Shown piece after piece: positions 40,242 through 44,592 of a stretch of 44,592 nucleotides of DNA. This DNA is from an uncultured Bacilli bacterium (GTDB lineage Bacteria > Bacillota_I > Bacilli_A > RF39 > UBA660). The notes under the pieces are model-generated. The model was given only the letters and a program-made list of their open reading frames with translations. It was not told the DNA's origin and did not search any database. Location: NCBI GenBank assembly GCA_944358115.1, contig CALVQH010000004.1, positions 1 through 44,592 on the forward strand. Reading direction: 5' to 3'. The translations under genes and the position numbers were made by a program. Within the stretch, counting starts at the first letter, position 1, and each line of letters begins with the position of its first letter.

Positions 40242-41345
40242 ATGAAAAAAGTGATTGTTGGAATTAGTGGAGGAGTCGATTCAGCGGTAGCGGCTTATCT
40301 TTTAAAACAAGAAGGCTATCAAGTAGAGGGTCTTTTTATGCGTAATTGGGATGCTACAGTTAACCATGATTATTATGGAAATCCGACTGTAGGAGAGAAT
40401 CTTTGTCCACAAGAACAAGATTATAATGATGCTAAAGTTGCTTGCGAAATTTTAGGTATTCCGCTTCATCGAGTTGATTTTATAGAGGAATATTGGGATT
40501 ATGTCTTTACTTATTTTTTAGAGGAATTAAAGAAGGGGAGAACTCCTAATCCGGATATGCTATGTAATAAATTTATTAAATTTGATTTATTTAAGAAAGA
40601 AGCTTTTAAGTTAGGTGCGGATTATATTGCTACTGGTCATTATGCTAGAATAAAGGATGGAAGACTTTTTCAAGCGAAAGATCAAAATAAAGATCAAACT
40701 TATTTTTTAGCTGATGTACCAAAAAAGCAACTAGAAAATGTACTCTTTCCTTTAGGAGATTATACGAAACCGGAGGTAAGAGCCCTTGCTGATAAGATTG
40801 GATTAAATGTTGCTCATAAAAAGGATTCAACGGGAATTTGTTTTATTGGTGAAAGACACTATCAAGAATTTATTAAAAATTATTTAAAACCAAATCCTGG
40901 GGATATTGTCGATGTTGAAACTGGCAAAGTAATTGGTAAACATACAGGACTTATGAATTATACGATTGGACAAAGACGGAATGTAGGATTAAGTGGTGAT
41001 ACAAAGAGACATTATGTGTGTGGTAAAAATGTTCGTGATAACATATTGTATGTTGCTTTTGGTGATAGTGAATATTTATATAGTGATGCTTGTACACTCG
41101 ATTCTATCAATCTTTTGGGGGATCTGCATTCTTCTTTAACTGCTAAGTTTCGGTATCGTGGGGAAGAAGTACCAATTGAGATAGTAAGCATTACCGATAA
41201 AGAGATTCAAATTAAATATCCAACGTTGGCAAAAAGTGTTACGCCTGGTCAAGCTTGTGTTTTTTATGATCATGGTGAATGCTTAGGCTGTGGATTTATT
41301 AAGGATGTTTATAAGAATGGGGAAAAGCTTTGGTATTTATCTTAA
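40242..41345 (+). CDS. mnmA: tRNA 2-thiouridylase
   Basis: SGGVDS, TPNPDMLCN, ATGHYAR, KDQTYFL, KDSTGICFIG, TPGQ. Confidence 0.99.
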   Translation: MKKVIVGISGGVDSAVAAYLLKQEGYQVEGLFMRNWDATVNHDYYGNPTVGENLCPQEQDYNDAKVACEILGIPLHRVDFIEEYWDYVFTYFLEELKKGRTPNPDMLCNKFIKFDLFKKEAFKLGADYIATGHYARIKDGRLFQAKDQNKDQTYFLADVPKKQLENVLFPLGDYTKPEVRALADKIGLNVAHKKDSTGICFIGERHYQEFIKNYLKPNPGDIVDVETGKVIGKHTGLMNYTIGQRRNVGLSGDTKRHYVCGKNVRDNILYVAFGDSEYLYSDACTLDSINLLGDLHSSLTAKFRYRGEEVPIEIVSITDKEIQIKYPTLAKSVTPGQACVFYDHGECLGCGFIKDVYKNGEKLWYLS

Positions 41346-41357
41346 TATTCTCAACAT

Positions 41358-41406
41358 TTACTTGACAGATAAGTGTTAAGTAATTTATAATTAGAGTGTA
41401 AAGTAA
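41358..41406 (+). promoter_or_regulatory. sigmaA promoter with overlapping operator-like repeats
   Basis: TTGACA-18-TATAAT; ttacttgaca/tgttaagtaa inverted repeat plus third copy tgtaaagtaa. Confidence 0.6.
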
Positions 41407-41420
41407 AAAGGAGAATCATT

Positions 41421-42197
41421 ATGAATAGTTTAAATGAATTATTACAAGAATTAGGTATTTCGAAAGTAAGACTTGCTAAATATTTAAATGTTTCAAGGCA
41501 GATGGTTTATAATTATTTAGAGTTAGAAGATTTGAATAAATGGCCAAAAGAAAAGAAGATTTTATTATTGAAGCTTTTAGATATTGATGATGGTAGTGAA
41601 GAGGCTATTCGCAGTATTAAAATTACTACCGATTATTTAATGGCTGTGGAAAATAGATTAAATCAAGGAGTTAAAAATACAAGTGATATGGATAGTTATT
41701 TTGATATGAAGGGATTAGATAAGAATGCGCAAACTTTACTAGCGGACATTAATTATCTATTAAAAGAAAAATTAACTGATGAGAATAAAAAGGATGAAAA
41801 TTATCATGTTGTAAGCTATTTATATCATATGTTACAATCTATTGATAATGTTCCAGAAATTAAATATATTTTAGGCTATATGTCTAAAACAACAGGTTTT
41901 ATCAGTCCAGATGAATATGCTTTTAATGAAGATAAGCAATTTATTTTTGAAGGTATTTTATATTCTGCTTTAACTTTATATAACAATGGGGGAGCAAGTC
42001 GTAGTAAATTAAAAGAAAGTCATAAACGTTTTGTTCAAGAAATAGAACAAAAGAATGAAGAAAAACTTAGTCGTACACAACAACTAAATACGATTAAAAT
42101 TCAAGCTTTAAGAGAGCTTGGCTATGATCAAATGACCGAAGCAAACGCTGCAGAAGTATTAGAAAAAATTGCTGAAATAGAAACGAGAAAAGTATAA
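41421..42197 (+). CDS. Hypothetical protein with N-terminal HTH
   Basis: LGISKVRLAKYLNVSRQMVYNY HTH pattern; AAGGAG RBS. Confidence 0.7.
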   Translation: MNSLNELLQELGISKVRLAKYLNVSRQMVYNYLELEDLNKWPKEKKILLLKLLDIDDGSEEAIRSIKITTDYLMAVENRLNQGVKNTSDMDSYFDMKGLDKNAQTLLADINYLLKEKLTDENKKDENYHVVSYLYHMLQSIDNVPEIKYILGYMSKTTGFISPDEYAFNEDKQFIFEGILYSALTLYNNGGASRSKLKESHKRFVQEIEQKNEEKLSRTQQLNTIKIQALRELGYDQMTEANAAEVLEKIAEIETRKV

Positions 42198-42198
42198 T

Positions 42199-43011
42199 AT
42201 GAAACAGAAATTAGGCAAAATTGGGGTTGTATTAGGAGTTGTTGTTGCCGTTGTTGTTATTTTATTAGTTATTTTCTTAGGAGATCGTCCTCTTGATATG
42301 GAAAGTGATGAAATTACGCAGTTATACTCCTATTTAGGAGAAGTTGATGTTAATCGTTGTGGCGGTTTAAATCAATATACTGGTGAGGAAGTTACTTATG
42401 ATACCATTTCTAACGATCATAAATTATGCATGGCTTATTATCAACTTGCTGGTGATAAGATTGCAAAAGAACAAATGGATGTTACCTCTACTAATGACAA
42501 TGATGTTTCTATTTGTGAAGTAGGAGAGGGGATAAGACTCGTTGCTGAAGAAAAAGAAGATATTTGCCATTATCAAATAATTGAGCGAAGTGCTTTAAGC
42601 GATGCTTATCAAACTATTTATGGTGAAGAAATTCCTGATGATGCATCATTTTATATCAATGGTACTGATGCTTGTTATTTAAATGGGGATGCGTATTATT
42701 GTGGTGAAGCTGAAACGTTTGTGGTTTCTTTAAGCCCAGAAGCTACCATTTATCGTTTAATGAATAAAGCCGTAGAAAAAATGAACGGTGATATTGTAAT
42801 TGAAGATTACTATTTAAGAATTTCTGGTAACAAGTGTTACTCATCAAATGATTCTAGTGATGAAATATCTGCTTGTTCAACTGCTTTAGCTGAAAATGAA
42901 AATGTTGCAATTGATTCAGCATTTGTACAAAAATATGGTGCTTTATATGAACAAACTTTTAAGCAAGATACAAATGATAATTATTATTGGTATTCTAGTA
43001 ATTTAAAGTAA
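42199..43011 (+). CDS. Hypothetical membrane-anchored acidic, Cys-containing extracellular protein
   Basis: N-terminal Val-rich TM helix, acidic body with multiple Cys. Confidence 0.6.
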   Translation: MKQKLGKIGVVLGVVVAVVVILLVIFLGDRPLDMESDEITQLYSYLGEVDVNRCGGLNQYTGEEVTYDTISNDHKLCMAYYQLAGDKIAKEQMDVTSTNDNDVSICEVGEGIRLVAEEKEDICHYQIIERSALSDAYQTIYGEEIPDDASFYINGTDACYLNGDAYYCGEAETFVVSLSPEATIYRLMNKAVEKMNGDIVIEDYYLRISGNKCYSSNDSSDEISACSTALAENENVAIDSAFVQKYGALYEQTFKQDTNDNYYWYSSNLK

Positions 43012-43017
43012 GATCAT

Positions 43018-43046
43018 AAGAACTTAGTTGATTCTAGGTTCTTTTT
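43018..43046 (+). terminator. Intrinsic terminator
   Basis: aagaacttag/ctaggttctt stem plus T-run. Confidence 0.7.
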
Positions 43047-43320
43047 ATATTTATATTATATAACCTTATTATATATATTAAATGGATATACGTACGCGCG
43101 TTTTAACCTTATTTTTATAATTAAATAAGATTATAAATTATTTATCATATTTTTTATTTAGAATTTAAATATTTAATAAAAAATTTTAATTTGATTTATT
43201 TTTATGTGTGACGCTTGTCTAATCTAAAGCTTGGAATTATTATGATAAGAAGTGATAGTTATTTAGATATTATTAATGAATTTTTATTGATTTAGAGCTT
43301 TATTTTTACAGTAATTTCTT

Positions 43321-43348
43321 AGTTCGCTAAATATATATTATGTTAACT
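43321..43348 (+). other. dif: dif-like XerC/XerD recombination site (probable prophage att junction)
   Basis: AGTTCGCTAAA-TATATA-TTATGTTAACT versus recalled B. subtilis ACTTCCTAGAA-TATATA-TTATGTAAACT and E. coli GGTGCGCATAA-TGTATA-TTATGTTAAAT. Confidence 0.85.
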
Positions 43349-43946
43349 TTGTTCTTTCGAAATTATCTGCAATTGTATCTCTTAAATAATCTTGAAACTC
43401 ATAACGATATCTTTTATATATCGTATCATATGCTTGACTATTTACAAATACTATCAATGATTTAACCGCTTCACGATAATTTAAATTACCTAAACTATCT
43501 ATATACAAATAAATATCTTCAATAACATCTTCTTCGGTTTTTAAATCATCAAAACTTGCATAAAATTTTCTAGCAAATGATTTTGATACAATTACATCAG
43601 TTAAATCATAATGTGTTTTTTCTTCATTATCTTGATGTGTTAAATATCTACAAGATGCTCTTAAACTCTTGATAGGTTGAAAAAAGTTTTCTGGTACCCC
43701 TACCCTTTTTGATAAAGAACTTATAGTACGTGTGTTATCTAAAGATAGTATAAAATGTATATGTTCTTTCTTTTCATTATCTTCGGGTAAATGTTTAATA
43801 TAAGCATAATTTTTAAAACTCCCTTTTAAATCAAATAAAACATCATTAAAGCTATAGCTTTCGGTATCTTCATAAAGTAGAATCATGAAGTGCCTATATC
43901 GTTTTTCGTCTATTTCTTCGCTTGATGTTTCTATCTTTTTACTCAT
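43338..43946 (-). CDS. Rolling-circle replication initiator, Rep_2 (pMV158 RepB-like) HUH endonuclease
   Basis: ILLYED, KKEHIHFIL (HUH), RYLTH...EK..Y catalytic Tyr motif; GAAAGGA RBS. Confidence 0.88.
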   Translation of the reverse strand: MSKKIETSSEEIDEKRYRHFMILLYEDTESYSFNDVLFDLKGSFKNYAYIKHLPEDNEKKEHIHFILSLDNTRTISSLSKRVGVPENFFQPIKSLRASCRYLTHQDNEEKTHYDLTDVIVSKSFARKFYASFDDLKTEEDVIEDIYLYIDSLGNLNYREAVKSLIVFVNSQAYDTIYKRYRYEFQDYLRDTIADNFERTKLT

Positions 43947-43969
43947 AAAAATATCCTTTCTAAATTTAT

Positions 43970-44042
43970 ACCCAAAATACCCAAAATACTATATAGTCGT
44001 AGTACATATAGTATTTTGGTATGTGGGGTTTATCACCCCACA
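43970..44042 (-). other. Double-strand origin (dso) with pMV158-type nick site
   Basis: 14-bp stem 43981-43994/44006-44019 with loop reading TACTACGAC on minus strand; 9-bp tandem repeat acccaaaat x2; second hairpin tgtggggt/accccaca. Confidence 0.8.
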
Positions 44043-44141
44043 CCCCGTGCGATATTTTTCAACGATTAAAAAGTATTTTAATCGTTTCAAAACATCATTC
44101 TATTTTCAAAGATATATTCAATTTTCAAATATACTTCAAAT

Positions 44142-44591
44142 TTAAAGTGTATTTATAGCTTCAAATGTATCATACATATTTGCAATATTTTTATTACGTT
44201 TATAAATAATCTTCTTAATTGTAGGACATTCATATTCGCTTTCGTCCTTATTAAACACCATATTTTCGGCATCACCAACAATAGTCGTATAAATACCAAA
44301 TGGACTTAATATATTACGTTTAGTTGTAATCATAACTTTAGCAGGCCTACGAATCCACATAGGAAGTTCTCGCCATTCTTGAGTAATCATAATAACTATA
44401 CGTTTACGCTTACGTGATTGATTAAGCCAAGCATAATACTGAGTATCAGTCTTACTATTTTTATCATACTTTCTTGAAACTTCATCAATAAGAAATATAC
44501 AATATTCATCTGTATTATAATAAAGTTCTTCTATATTATCAAAATAATGGATATTATAACCAGGTATTTTTAATGATTTAACATTAGTATA
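44142..44591 (-). CDS. Zot/pI-like morphogenesis ATPase, 5'-truncated by window edge
   Basis: Frame is open to the edge: YTNVKS..CIFLIDEVS (Walker B)..WLNQSRKRKRIVIMITQ..LPMWIR, the Zot_N pattern. Confidence 0.75.
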   Translation of the reverse strand, partial: YTNVKSLKIPGYNIHYFDNIEELYYNTDEYCIFLIDEVSRKYDKNSKTDTQYYAWLNQSRKRKRIVIMITQEWRELPMWIRRPAKVMITTKRNILSPFGIYTTIVGDAENMVFNKDESEYECPTIKKIIYKRNKNIANMYDTFEAINTL

Positions 44592-44592
44592 T

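Larger units (their letters stand above)
43338..44592 (-). mobile_element. Filamentous (inovirus-like) prophage or related rolling-circle element integrated at dif, partial
   Basis: dif boundary, Rep_2 gene, nick-site hairpin, Zot/pI-like ATPase, switch of coding strand. Confidence 0.75.

Noticed and set aside
2289..40830. Short shadow ORFs (2289, 3770, 10639, 11693, 12250, 16780, 17201, 18292, 19112, 20282, 20755, 26798, 32094, 32369, 34224, 38560, 40645)
   Set aside because: Overlap well-supported genes in another frame or strand and show no recognisable motifs
43047..43320. Very AT-rich spacer with repeated taaccttatt and a CG patch (tacgtacgcgcg) as a second att or relic element
   Set aside because: No convincing second dif arm or ORF; cannot be told from low-complexity background
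43885..44145. Listed + strand 86-aa ORF
   Set aside because: Antisense to rep and runs across the origin hairpins; no RBS
1..44592. CRISPR array or rRNA
   Set aside because: No regularly spaced direct repeats and no rRNA-like segment seen

Overview
AT-rich chromosome segment from a low-GC Bacillota (Bacilli) bacterium. It uses the standard genetic code (TGA stops) and carries murF plus sporulation genes (cotE, yqfQ-like, spoIIM-like with a sigmaE-type promoter); gene style suggests an RF39-like gut lineage (inference). Bases 1-43011 are mostly + strand housekeeping genes (rpsP, khpA, trpS, cdsA, rseP, tRNA-Arg(CCG), ruvAB, folD, glyA, tmk, queA, cmk, uvrC, dnaG, sigA, trmK, tig, lon, murF, mutY, mnmA). 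Accessory items are interspersed: a DUF3800 gene followed by its own promoter and structured ncRNA candidate, a type I toxin-antitoxin-like locus, an Rpn nuclease, a degenerate RnfCD pair, a thioester-domain adhesin with sortase, two paralogous TasA/SipW-signal surface proteins sharing a 3' stem motif, pilC/pilD, an amidoligase, an ATP-grasp protein and a candidate Spo0A-controlled sRNA. At 43321-43348 there is a near-consensus XerCD dif site. Directly beyond it begins a minus-strand element with a pMV158-family rolling-circle Rep, its nick-site hairpin (TACTACGAC) and a Zot/pI-like ATPase cut by the window edge. This looks like a dif-integrated filamentous (inovirus-like) prophage in a Gram-positive host. 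All calls are by eye; no searches were run.
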